64,000 nt of DNA, from contig JAGBHI010000091.1 in assembly GCA_017935575.1 (NCBI GenBank), positions 9,094-73,093 of the forward strand, read 5' to 3'. How positions within the stretch are numbered: position 1 is the first letter of the stretch; each line of letters starts with the position of its first letter. The notes under the pieces are model-generated. The model made no database searches. It saw only the letters and a program-made list of their open reading frames with translations, and was not told the origin of the DNA. The position numbers were made by a program, and so were the translations under genes. Shown here in pieces: positions 8,031 to 17,034 of this stretch. Source of the stretch: Bacteroidales bacterium. Its GTDB lineage: Bacteria > Bacteroidota > Bacteroidia > Bacteroidales > G3-4614.

Positions 8031-8708
8031 CTATTTGATTTTAAAGTTTATAAGAGGTGCTAATATTAATATTGCAATATATGTTATATATAAAACATAC
8101 ATTGATATTTTTACATTTTTGTCTCCTTTATATGGAATAGGTATATCTTTAAATATTTTTGCGTGTAATTTTTCGTATATAACATAACATATATAACCAC
8201 TCAATGCTCCTGCTATTGCTCCAAAAAGAATGTCTCCGGGATAGTGAACTCCTAAATACATTCGCGAATAGCACGATAACAATGCCCATACTATAACTGA
8301 AAAACTAAAAAATCTATTACGGAATAACATTATTGAAAATAGTGCTATTCCAAAAGCATTGGCTGCATGCCCCGATATAAATCCGTATCGTCCTCCTCGG
8401 TAACCATTTACAACATTTACATATTGCGAAAATTCCGGATCTTGCGTTGGACGCCATCTCTCAAACAAAGGCTTACAAATTCCTGATGATATTTGGTCGC
8501 ATAACACAACTGCAACGGCAACCATAATTACGGCAAGCAATCCTTCTCTCCAACCTCGTTTAAAAAAAAGATAGACAAAAGAGAGGATAAGTGGTATCCA
8601 TATTATCTTTCCGGTTACCACCCACATCACTTGATCGGCATATAAAGAGTGATACCCGTTAAAAAAAAGCAATAACTCTTTGTCCCATTCTATTAATGTT
8701 TGTAGCAT
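8031..8708 (-). CDS. PAP2-family membrane phosphatase (undecaprenyl-diphosphatase / lipid phosphatase type)
   Basis: Acid-phosphatase motifs KPLFERWRP, SGHAANAF and SRMYLGVHYPGD, with several TM segments. Confidence 0.85.
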   Translation of the reverse strand: MLQTLIEWDKELLLFFNGYHSLYADQVMWVVTGKIIWIPLILSFVYLFFKRGWREGLLAVIMVAVAVVLCDQISSGICKPLFERWRPTQDPEFSQYVNVVNGYRGGRYGFISGHAANAFGIALFSIMLFRNRFFSFSVIVWALLSCYSRMYLGVHYPGDILFGAIAGALSGYICYVIYEKLHAKIFKDIPIPYKGDKNVKISMYVLYITYIAILILAPLINFKIK

Positions 8709-8720
8709 TTGTATTTGCTT

Positions 8721-9464
8721 TTATATTATTTCCATTTTTGATGATGGTATCCAACCACTATTTCCATCATCTATCTTTATCTCACTCCAATCGCCCACTT
8801 TATCTGTTACTTTTACTTTTGTTCCTTCGTGAAGAATAAAAAGATCTGTACCACTATCAGCAGGAGAACTTTTTACAGTAATACTTGGAGCCATTATTAT
8901 TGCATGGTTTCTATTTTCAATTTTATCTCTTTGTTTATATGTTGCAATGTTTGCAAATAGTGACAAAATCAACATTAATACCGCTCCAAAGAAACCAACT
9001 TTCCTAATAGTTATATTTTTAGTGAATATATAAGTAAAAATACCTATCAAAAATATCAAAAATGTAATAATGGCAAATAGCGCCCACGCGTTAGATGATG
9101 CAATATTTATGACACTTTCAAACCACACAGATATAAAAGATTTATCTAAAGTATCAATTTTATCAGTTATGTTTGCTCGTGCCATTTCTAAATTTGTTCG
9201 TATATCTTCATCTCCGGGCAACATAAGCAAAGCTCGCTCATAGTTTAGAATTGCTTTTGGATAATCTTTTAACTTGTAATATGAATTACCTAAATTATAA
9301 TATAGTTCGGGCGATACTCCTACGCTATCAGCAAGTGTTTGATATATTAATGCCGCTTTTTTATAATCTTCCTTTGTATAGGCATCTGCAGCCTCTTGCA
9401 ACGACTGAGCCGATGCAAAAGAGATTGTAAACAATGCAATTATAAATATATATATCTTTTTCAT
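8721..9464 (-). CDS. batE: BatE-like protein (TPR repeats, TM segments, C-terminal SH3-like domain)
   Basis: Signal peptide, a TPR region (YYNLGNSYYKLKDYPKAILNYERAL), two TM helices, and the C-terminus GTKVKVTDKVGDWSEIKIDDGNSGWIP (bacterial SH3). Last position in the Bat operon. Confidence 0.8.
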   Translation of the reverse strand: MKKIYIFIIALFTISFASAQSLQEAADAYTKEDYKKAALIYQTLADSVGVSPELYYNLGNSYYKLKDYPKAILNYERALLMLPGDEDIRTNLEMARANITDKIDTLDKSFISVWFESVINIASSNAWALFAIITFLIFLIGIFTYIFTKNITIRKVGFFGAVLMLILSLFANIATYKQRDKIENRNHAIIMAPSITVKSSPADSGTDLFILHEGTKVKVTDKVGDWSEIKIDDGNSGWIPSSKMEII

Positions 9465-9471
9465 AATATGA

Positions 9472-11277
9472 TTATCTGTTTTTTACTACCGACTCCATCT
9501 CTCCTATTGCTTCAACAGCCTCTGAATATAGTTTATCCATTGCATCATCTGATTGTGATGGTGCATACTGTGCAAACTCACATGAATCAATAATATTTAT
9601 AAATTTTGAAATCAAAGTATTATCTGCTCCAAATTTCATCAATTCTTGCGATACATTATCACGCGATAACTCAGATACAGGAATTGTCAATTTATCGCTT
9701 ATATATCCCCAAAGCGCCTTTAATACTTCAGCATAGAACATCTCTTTATTGCGTACTTTCAAATACTTACCTGCAGATTTTAAACGTTTTGAAGCTACTT
9801 TATTTGCCTTTCTGTTTCTTGAAAGATCAATATTGGCATTTGCTTTTGCTTGCTTAATGTTTATTATAATGTATATAATAAAGATAAGTGTTGGGATTAT
9901 ATAATATAACCAATATGTTATTGAACCGAAAATAGGTTTTATCTCTTTACTTAACTCAAAATCACCCGATTTAATAAATCTTATATCTGTTCCTAAAACT
10001 TTTAAATCTTCTTTATCGGTAAATTTTGCAATAGTAGCACCCTCTCCTCCTTCGCCTTTTGCAACGGTTATATCATAACTATCTGTTGATATTGTTTTAT
10101 ATGTTCCTGTTGATAAATCGAAATATGAAAATTTTGCTGCAGGTATTGAAAAATCTCCTGCACTACGCGGAATAACTGTATATTCAATGGTACGAGTTCC
10201 GCTTACTCCTGATGTTGTTGTTTTTATATCAACATCGGTTTTGGGGTCATATACCTCAAAATCTCCGGGGAATGAAATTTCAGGGTCTTTAATATATTTA
10301 AGGTTACCCTTACCACTTATCAATAATTTATATGTTAAAGCCTCATTTGCTTTGGGAGTTTTGTTGCTAAGAGACGATTTAATTGTAAAACTTCCGACAG
10401 CATTTGCAAATGAAGCAGGTTTTCCCGATGGTAATGGTTTTACATTTACATTAACCGATTGTGTTGTTATCGATTTTTCAACATCTTCATAACCTTGCAT
10501 CATTCCAAAGAAGCCTCTCATTGGACGCACTACTTGAACCGTTACAGTAAATTCGCCCTTTGCAATCTCAATTTTTCCTGACCTCTGAGGATATAATAAA
10601 GCTCTCTTTATGGCAACTACCTGATAGTTTGTTCCATTATAATGTTCTAACTCCAATTGAGGATTTTGGATTGGAATATCTTGTACTACAAAACCGTCAA
10701 ACGACGGGAATACAGCATTATCTAAACTACTGATAGCAGCTGCTTTAGTATAAATTTTTATTGTTGCCAAAATAGGCTCTTGCTCATACACTGATGTTTT
10801 AGATAAAACTAATCTGGCAAAAGTTTTATCATCACTACTCGCTACTTGTTGAACTTGTGATGACGAACCTTGCGACGAAGATGATACATTTTCATCAGGA
10901 GGTAAAACCGTAATTGTCAATTGGTTTGATGTGTATTGCTTACCATCAGATGTTATTGTTGCTGACGGTATAGTGTATTTTCCCTCTTTTGAAGCAACTA
11001 CTGTATATGTATAACTCTCCTCTTTTGTTGATGTGGTTTTACCATTTATAATGGAGAATTGCGAACTTTGAGAACGCGCAGGACCATACAAGACATTTAA
11101 TCCTGTAAATTCCGGCACATTTATATTCTCTCCATCACCATTAGTAAGGGTAAATACAATCCTAAATCTCTGTCCTGCAATAACCTGAGCCGGACCTTCA
11201 GCTGTAAACTTTGTTTGGGCATACAGGGTTATTGTTGAAAATAATAAGAAAATTACTATTGATATATATCTTTTCAT
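9472..11277 (-). CDS. batD: BatD (oxygen-tolerance family) membrane protein
   Basis: 601 aa. Signal peptide, repeated Ig-like segments with G.Y.IP motifs, one TM near residue 460 and a cytoplasmic tail. Position and architecture match BatD. Confidence 0.85.
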   Translation of the reverse strand: MKRYISIVIFLLFSTITLYAQTKFTAEGPAQVIAGQRFRIVFTLTNGDGENINVPEFTGLNVLYGPARSQSSQFSIINGKTTSTKEESYTYTVVASKEGKYTIPSATITSDGKQYTSNQLTITVLPPDENVSSSSQGSSSQVQQVASSDDKTFARLVLSKTSVYEQEPILATIKIYTKAAAISSLDNAVFPSFDGFVVQDIPIQNPQLELEHYNGTNYQVVAIKRALLYPQRSGKIEIAKGEFTVTVQVVRPMRGFFGMMQGYEDVEKSITTQSVNVNVKPLPSGKPASFANAVGSFTIKSSLSNKTPKANEALTYKLLISGKGNLKYIKDPEISFPGDFEVYDPKTDVDIKTTTSGVSGTRTIEYTVIPRSAGDFSIPAAKFSYFDLSTGTYKTISTDSYDITVAKGEGGEGATIAKFTDKEDLKVLGTDIRFIKSGDFELSKEIKPIFGSITYWLYYIIPTLIFIIYIIINIKQAKANANIDLSRNRKANKVASKRLKSAGKYLKVRNKEMFYAEVLKALWGYISDKLTIPVSELSRDNVSQELMKFGADNTLISKFINIIDSCEFAQYAPSQSDDAMDKLYSEAVEAIGEMESVVKNR

Positions 11278-11304
11278 TTCTGACTTATATTTATATCTAA
11301 GATT

Positions 11305-12021
11305 TTACCACTCTTTATCAGTTCTACGGCGTTCTCTCTGTTCCATTAATGCTTTACGCACTTTCTCTTGGGTATCACGCTCGTCCTGTTGCATAGCATC
11401 AAGAATTTGTTGAGCATTCTCTTGCGACATATTTGTTTGTTGTTGCTGCTGTTGCTCATCTTTTTTATCCTCCTTGTTTTGAGGATTATTTTGTTGCTGC
11501 TGTTGTTGTTGCTGTTGTTGTTCTTCTTTTTTATCTTCTTTCTGTTCTTGTTGTTGTTGCTGTTGTTGTTGCAACATCAATTGAGCCATTCTTAAATTAT
11601 ATCGGGCATCTTCGTCTTTAGGATTTTGTCTCAATGCGTTTTTATACGCATCAATACTTTCCGCCACCTTTTTATCCATTAAATAAGAATTACCAAGATT
11701 ATACCATGCCTCTGACGCCTTTTTGGGGTCAGTTTCAGATATAGCTGCTTTTTTAAACTCTTCAGCGGCATCGGCATATTTACCTTGTTTATAAAGTGCA
11801 TCGCCCAAATTATAGTTAGCTGTTACAGATGAAGGGGCAGCCTCAAGTGCTTTGCGATAATCAATCTCGGCTGATACATAATTTTTAGATTCATACTCTT
11901 TATTGCCTTTGCGAATAGAGGTACGTTCACTCTTATTTCCAGAGTTAGACGAATTGTCGTTTTCTGAAAAAGCGACGCAGGGTATTGCCAATAAAAGAGT
12001 TGTTATTATAAATGTTTTCAT
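11305..12021 (-). CDS. batC: BatC-like TPR protein with a poly-Gln/Lys/Glu tail
   Basis: Signal peptide, TPR repeats (YNLGDALYKQGKYADAAEEFKKA; WYNLGNSYL), then a Q-rich low-complexity region. Its start overlaps the batB stop by 1 nt. Confidence 0.8.
   Translation of the reverse strand: MKTFIITTLLLAIPCVAFSENDNSSNSGNKSERTSIRKGNKEYESKNYVSAEIDYRKALEAAPSSVTANYNLGDALYKQGKYADAAEEFKKAAISETDPKKASEAWYNLGNSYLMDKKVAESIDAYKNALRQNPKDEDARYNLRMAQLMLQQQQQQQQEQKEDKKEEQQQQQQQQQQNNPQNKEDKKDEQQQQQQTNMSQENAQQILDAMQQDERDTQEKVRKALMEQRERRRTDKEW
11437..11571. repeat. CAA/CAG trinucleotide-rich low-complexity tract (poly-Gln, BatC residues 151-195)
   Basis: Plus strand reads as runs of ttg/ctg triplets. The protein reads QQQQQQQQEQKEDKKEEQQQQQQQQQQNNPQNKEDKKDEQQQQQQ. 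Confidence 0.9.
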
Positions 12022-13058
12022 TATTTATCAGTAAAAAAGTTTATTCTCTTAGTTAATTTACTCTTTCCGTTAAGTATCCATGAATCAACTAATAGAAGTA
12101 TAAATGCCAATATTGCTAAAATTTGATATTGCTCTTCATAGTCAGAATATACTTTTGACTCTATATCTGAACCTTTCATTTTTCGTACTTCTGAAACAAT
12201 TGTTCTTAAAGCACTATTTGAGTTATCTGCCGAAACATACACTCCATTTCCTGCTTTAGCAACCTCTTGTCCGAGTTCCTCATTCAATTTGGTAATAACA
12301 ACATTACCCTCTCTATCTTTAATGAAATTATTTGAAGAGTTTCCTATTGGAATGGGCGAACCTTTTGTTGAACCAACACCAACTACATCTACTCTGATTC
12401 CGCGTTTGGCAGCTTCTGTTGCTGCTCCTACTGCATCATCTTCATGATTTTCGGCATCAGTTATAACAATTATAGCTTTATCGGCACTCTCATCTTGAGT
12501 AAATGAGTTTGCCGCCAAATTAATTGCACGACCTATAGAGGTTCCTTGTGTCGGTACCATATTGGTATTTATGGTTGACAAAAACATCTTTGCCGAAACA
12601 AAATCAGATGTAATTGGCAACTGTGTATATGCATCTCCTGCAAATACTACAAGTCCTATCTTGTCATTATCCAACTCATCAACAAGTTTTGACAATATCA
12701 TTTTAGCCCTATCCAAACGTGATGGTGTAATATCTTTTGCCATCATTGAGTTTGAAACGTCAAGTACAATCTCTATTTCAACTCCCTCTTTTTTTACCGT
12801 CTCTAATTTTGAGCCCATTTGCGGACGTGCTATTACAAAAATAAGAAGGATTAAAGCAAGTTGTTGTAAAAAGAATTTTAGTCCGGGGCGATATTTTGAA
12901 ACCTCCGGCATAAGTGGTTCAATAACCGAACTGAGTCCAAACTTATTTAAATTTTTACGGTGTTTGTACTCTCCATATAAAAAGACTCCCCATATTACTA
13001 CAACAATGAAGAGTAGATATAAATATTGCGGATTTGCAAATCTGAACATAGTTGTCAA
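12021..13058 (-). CDS. batB: BatB (VWA domain membrane protein)
   Basis: FANPQYLYLL N-terminus, two N-terminal TM segments, VWA MIDAS motif (VLDVSNSM ... ITDAENH) and a C-terminal TM. Confidence 0.88.
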   Translation of the reverse strand: MTTMFRFANPQYLYLLFIVVVIWGVFLYGEYKHRKNLNKFGLSSVIEPLMPEVSKYRPGLKFFLQQLALILLIFVIARPQMGSKLETVKKEGVEIEIVLDVSNSMMAKDITPSRLDRAKMILSKLVDELDNDKIGLVVFAGDAYTQLPITSDFVSAKMFLSTINTNMVPTQGTSIGRAINLAANSFTQDESADKAIIVITDAENHEDDAVGAATEAAKRGIRVDVVGVGSTKGSPIPIGNSSNNFIKDREGNVVITKLNEELGQEVAKAGNGVYVSADNSNSALRTIVSEVRKMKGSDIESKVYSDYEEQYQILAILAFILLLVDSWILNGKSKLTKRINFFTDK

Positions 13059-13061
13059 GTA

Positions 13062-14048
13062 TTAAGGAATATTTTTTAATATGGTATTTTTCAATAAGAT
13101 ATCAAGACACAAAAGCAACATTGCCAATATTGCCCATGGCATAAATCTCTCTTCGCGTTTGCTATACTCTGTAACAGATAGTTTTGTTTTTTCTAATTTA
13201 TCTATCTCAGAGAATATATTTTTTAATGCACTCTTATCTGTTGCTCTAAAATATTCGCCATCTGTTTTAGCTGCAATCTCTTTAAGAGTATTTTCATCAA
13301 TCTCTACAGGATAATTCTGGTATTGAATACCGTATGGTGTTTGCACAGGGTATGGTGCCATTCCCTGAGTACCTACTCCAATGGTATATACTCTAATACC
13401 AAATGTCTTGGCAATATCAGCAGCAGTTACAGGTGCAATGTCTCCTGCATTGTTTGTTCCATCAGTAAGCAATATAATTGTCTTTGACTTTGCAGGACCA
13501 TCTTTAATTCTGTTTATAGCAGTTGCAAGACCATCGCCTATTGCAGTTCGGTCTTCAATCATACCACATTCAACATCTTTTAAAAGATTTAATAACGCCG
13601 AGTGGTCTGTTGTCATAGGACACATTGTAAAGCTTTCGCCTGCAAATATTACAAGTCCTATATTATCATAAGTTCTGCCTGAAATAAATTGGGCTGCAAC
13701 ATCTTTTGCCGCATCAACACGATTTGGTTTAAAGTCGCGAGCAAGCATTGAGGTTGAAATATCAAGTGCTACCACAATATCAATACCCTCTGTTGAACGG
13801 TTTGACCAACTATTTGTTGATTGAGGGCGTGCTAAAGCTATAATGAGAGCTGTTAATGCACATACTCTTAAGGCAAAACGCACATGACGAAGATAATATT
13901 TATAACTTCGCGGCATTTTATCAAAAGGCATTGTTGTTGACACCTCAATTGAGGCATCGCTCTTATGCTGTTTTAATATGTACCACGCTACAAGAGGTAT
14001 AATCAACAATAGCAACCACAAGTAGGCGGGATTTGCAAATATCATCAT
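13062..14048 (-). CDS. batA: BatA (VWA domain membrane protein)
   Basis: FANPAYLWLLLL N-terminus, TM segments, VWA MIDAS motif (ALDISTSM ... LLTDGTNN) and a C-terminal TM. Confidence 0.88.
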   Translation of the reverse strand: MMIFANPAYLWLLLLIIPLVAWYILKQHKSDASIEVSTTMPFDKMPRSYKYYLRHVRFALRVCALTALIIALARPQSTNSWSNRSTEGIDIVVALDISTSMLARDFKPNRVDAAKDVAAQFISGRTYDNIGLVIFAGESFTMCPMTTDHSALLNLLKDVECGMIEDRTAIGDGLATAINRIKDGPAKSKTIILLTDGTNNAGDIAPVTAADIAKTFGIRVYTIGVGTQGMAPYPVQTPYGIQYQNYPVEIDENTLKEIAAKTDGEYFRATDKSALKNIFSEIDKLEKTKLSVTEYSKREERFMPWAILAMLLLCLDILLKNTILKNIP

Positions 14049-14053
14049 AATAA

Positions 14054-15034
14054 TTACTCTTTACTGTTTGGTATCTCCTCTTCTTCTACAACTGGTTGTG
14101 GTTTTGTCTCTTCAACAAAATTTATGGCATTACGCATTGATGCCTCATTGTCATCAGGTAAAGGACGCATCTTTGCAAATTTTACAAAATCGGCAACTTC
14201 CAAAATATTCTTCATATTTTTTTCAACCAGCTTTGTCTCACTATTTGCTCTTAATGATGAGAGTATTTGGGTTGATGTCATCTCCATTGCATTTATACCA
14301 AAACGTAAATCGAGGTATTCACGCAAAATATCAATTAGGCGGGTATAATACAATTTGTCTTGTCCGGCTTGCCACAACTTCTCCTCTTTTAATTTTAAGA
14401 GTTGATCCATTGCCTTTTCGTATGGAGGGATTTGCGGAGCCTCTTGCGCCTTCGCCAATACCTCTTTTTTAAAGAATCTTAGATATGCATATACTGCTGC
14501 TACTATTAAAAGTAAGATTAAAAGTATAATCCACACATATCCGGGGATAAAATCAAATAATACAAAACGAGGCGACCATACATCTTTTATATCTTTTAAA
14601 TCAAGATTTGTTTGATCCACTTCAACAGGAACGACCTTTAAACTTAATGGGTCTGTTGCAAATGTATCTTTATCTAAAAGGCACTTTATGGGTGGAATAT
14701 AATAAAATCCCGAATCAAAAGATGTTATAATTATCTCGCTGTTTATCTGTATCCTATTATTTTTTATATCGGTAGTATCTTCCTTAGTTACAGATAATAC
14801 CTCTACTCCTTGAGTGAGAGTATCGGAAGGTATAAGCATTAATAATTGTGCATCTTTATCTTGAACAACCTCTAACTTAATAGATGTCTGCTCTCCCATC
14901 CATATCGCAGATGAGTCCATTTTTGCTGATATCACAACACTCTGAGCCATAGCTGAAGTAGTAAATATCAACGCAAATGCAAAAAGAACTCTTTTTATAT
15001 TAAAATGCATATAGTTATCTATCTTTATAAACAT
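14054..15034 (-). CDS. Bat-operon membrane protein: BatD-like N-terminal beta domain, TM segment, helical C-terminal region (DUF4381-like position)
   Basis: Signal peptide, then a beta-rich domain ending in GFYYIPPIK...LSLKVVPVEVD (compare BatD G.Y.IP...L.I.V), the TM segment VWIILLILLLIVAAVYAYL, and a helical tail. ATG 15032-15034 overlaps the DUF58 stop by 1 nt. Alternative start at 15010. Confidence 0.7.
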   Translation of the reverse strand: MFIKIDNYMHFNIKRVLFAFALIFTTSAMAQSVVISAKMDSSAIWMGEQTSIKLEVVQDKDAQLLMLIPSDTLTQGVEVLSVTKEDTTDIKNNRIQINSEIIITSFDSGFYYIPPIKCLLDKDTFATDPLSLKVVPVEVDQTNLDLKDIKDVWSPRFVLFDFIPGYVWIILLILLLIVAAVYAYLRFFKKEVLAKAQEAPQIPPYEKAMDQLLKLKEEKLWQAGQDKLYYTRLIDILREYLDLRFGINAMEMTSTQILSSLRANSETKLVEKNMKNILEVADFVKFAKMRPLPDDNEASMRNAINFVEETKPQPVVEEEEIPNSKE

Positions 15035-15900
15035 TATCTCTTTTCAAAGAGAGTCATCAATGAGCGAACATAATCTTCATCGGTAGCAATTGATGTAATA
15101 TCCACTCCACTTTTGCGAGCGGCATCTTGCATGGCATTTTGTCGTGCATTCCACCAATTATTATATTGTTCGCGAACTTTCCTTGATGAGGTATCAACCC
15201 ACACATCTCCGCCTCTCTCGGCATCTTTAAGTTTTATCAACCCCACATCAGGCAATTCTGCTTCTCGCTTATCGTATATCTGCAAAGCAACCATGTCATG
15301 GCGGTTATTTGCAATAGTGAGTGCTTTCTGATAATTTTTGGTATCAATAAAATCACTCATCATAAATATGGTACAACGCTTTTTAATAGCATTTGTTACA
15401 TATTCCAAAGCGAGTGCTATATCGGTTTTATTATTCTGAGGGGTAAACTCTATTAACTCTCTAATTATATATAAAACATGGCGTCGTCCCTTTTTAGGAG
15501 GTATAAACTTTTCTATTTTGTCAGAAAAGAATATGACACCTATTTTATCGTTATTCTGAATTGTTGAGAAGGCAAGAGTTGCTGCAATCTGTGTCATCAT
15601 CTCCTTTTTAGAGTCTCCTACTGCTCCAAAATTGCGACTTGCCGATACATCAATAAGCAACATTACCGTAAGTTCGCGCTCCTCCTCAAACACCTTTATA
15701 AAAGGCTTGTTATGTCGTGCCGTAACATTCCAATCAATATCGCGAACGTCATCTCCGAACTGATACTCCCTCACTTCAGAAAATGCCATTCCCCTTCCCT
15801 TAAAGGCAGAGTGATATTGTCCCGCAAAGATATTGCGAGACAATCCGCGACTCTTAATCTCAATCTTACGGACCTTTTTTAACAATTCGGAAGTCTCCAT
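15034..15900 (-). CDS. DUF58 domain protein (MoxR-associated, VWA-like)
   Basis: EVREYQFGDDVRDIDWNVTAR is the DUF58 signature. It follows moxR as in all Bat/MoxR operons. Confidence 0.9.
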   Translation of the reverse strand: METSELLKKVRKIEIKSRGLSRNIFAGQYHSAFKGRGMAFSEVREYQFGDDVRDIDWNVTARHNKPFIKVFEEERELTVMLLIDVSASRNFGAVGDSKKEMMTQIAATLAFSTIQNNDKIGVIFFSDKIEKFIPPKKGRRHVLYIIRELIEFTPQNNKTDIALALEYVTNAIKKRCTIFMMSDFIDTKNYQKALTIANNRHDMVALQIYDKREAELPDVGLIKLKDAERGGDVWVDTSSRKVREQYNNWWNARQNAMQDAARKSGVDITSIATDEDYVRSLMTLFEKR

Positions 15901-15921
15901 CTGTTGATGAACTGTTTTTGA

Positions 15922-16917
15922 TTAGGGAACTTCAACCTTATTTAGAATTTCGCTTATTACCTCTTCTGTGGTAATATTGTTTGCTTCGGCTTCATAGCTC
16001 AATCCTATACGGTGGCGTAGAACATCATGACAAACTGCTCGTATATCCTCAGGAATAACATAACCGCGTTGTTTCAAGAATGCATATGAACGGGCAGCAA
16101 GAGCTAAATTTATTGATGCACGAGGCGATGCTCCAAATGATATCATATTTTTCAAATCGTTCAACTCATAATCTTGAGGGAAACGAGTTGCAAATACAAT
16201 ATCAACAATGTATCTCTCTATTTTTTCATCAATATATACTTTACGAACCACATCACGAGCCTCTACAATCTCAGATGGTTTAATTACAGGTTTCAAATCA
16301 AACGATTCGCCTGATATGTTTTGACGTATAATCTGTTTCTCTTCCTCTTTTTTAGGATAACCTATAATTACTTTCAACATAAAACGGTCAACTTGCGCCT
16401 CTGGTAAGGGATAGGTACCCTCTTGCTCAATGGGGTTTTGTGTTGCCATTACAAGGAAAGGATCATCAAGTTTATATGTGTTTTCTCCAATGGTTACCTG
16501 ACGCTCTTGCATTGCCTCTAATAATGCACTCTGAACTTTTGCCGGAGCACGGTTAATCTCATCTGCCAATACAAAGTTTGCAAATATAGGACCTTTCTTT
16601 GACAAGAATTGCTCTTTTGAGGGGCTGTAAATCATAGTACCTACAACATCGGCAGGCAAAAGGTCGGGTGTAAACTGAATTCGGTTATACTTAGCATCAA
16701 TCAACGATGCCAACGATTTAATAGCTAATGTTTTTGCCAATCCCGGAACTCCTTCCAAAAGGATATGTCCATTTGACAACAAACCTATCAATAACGAATC
16801 AACAAGGTGTTTTTGTCCTACAATAACCTTGTCCATTCCCATAGTAATTGTATTCACAAAAGAACTTTTACTTGCTATAAGTTCGTTAAGTTCACGAATA
16901 TCAACCATTTGATTCAT
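15922..16917 (-). CDS. moxR: MoxR-family AAA+ ATPase
   Basis: Walker A EGVPGLAKT, Walker B LADEINRA, and FLVMATQNP...EAQ.DRF; 331 aa. Confidence 0.95.
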   Translation of the reverse strand: MNQMVDIRELNELIASKSSFVNTITMGMDKVIVGQKHLVDSLLIGLLSNGHILLEGVPGLAKTLAIKSLASLIDAKYNRIQFTPDLLPADVVGTMIYSPSKEQFLSKKGPIFANFVLADEINRAPAKVQSALLEAMQERQVTIGENTYKLDDPFLVMATQNPIEQEGTYPLPEAQVDRFMLKVIIGYPKKEEEKQIIRQNISGESFDLKPVIKPSEIVEARDVVRKVYIDEKIERYIVDIVFATRFPQDYELNDLKNMISFGASPRASINLALAARSYAFLKQRGYVIPEDIRAVCHDVLRHRIGLSYEAEANNITTEEVISEILNKVEVP

Positions 16918-16957
16918 ATCTTATATCTATTTTATAATTAATTTTTCAAAATTGTTA

Positions 16958-16965
16958 CAAAGTTA
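16958..16965 (-). promoter_or_regulatory. Candidate -7 box (TAACTTTG on the minus strand) for the moxR-bat operon
   Basis: Plus-strand caaagtta, about 41 nt upstream of the moxR ATG. Confidence 0.4.
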
Positions 16966-17034
16966 GGACTATATGCTTAATTTTAACAATTGCGACTGTT
17001 AAAAATAACAAATCGCAATTATTAAATGTTATAT

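Noticed and set aside
11368-11621. Poly-Leu/poly-Val ORFs on the plus strand (75 aa and 62 aa).
   Set aside because: They are antisense readings of the CAA/CAG poly-Gln tract of batC, a pure repeat artefact.
12562-13065. 167-aa plus-strand ORF, the largest unannotated ORF in the track.
   Set aside because: It lies wholly antisense to the well-supported batB VWA gene. It has hydrophobic, low-complexity shadow-frame composition and no promoter box. It is a typical antisense artefact in AT-rich genomes.
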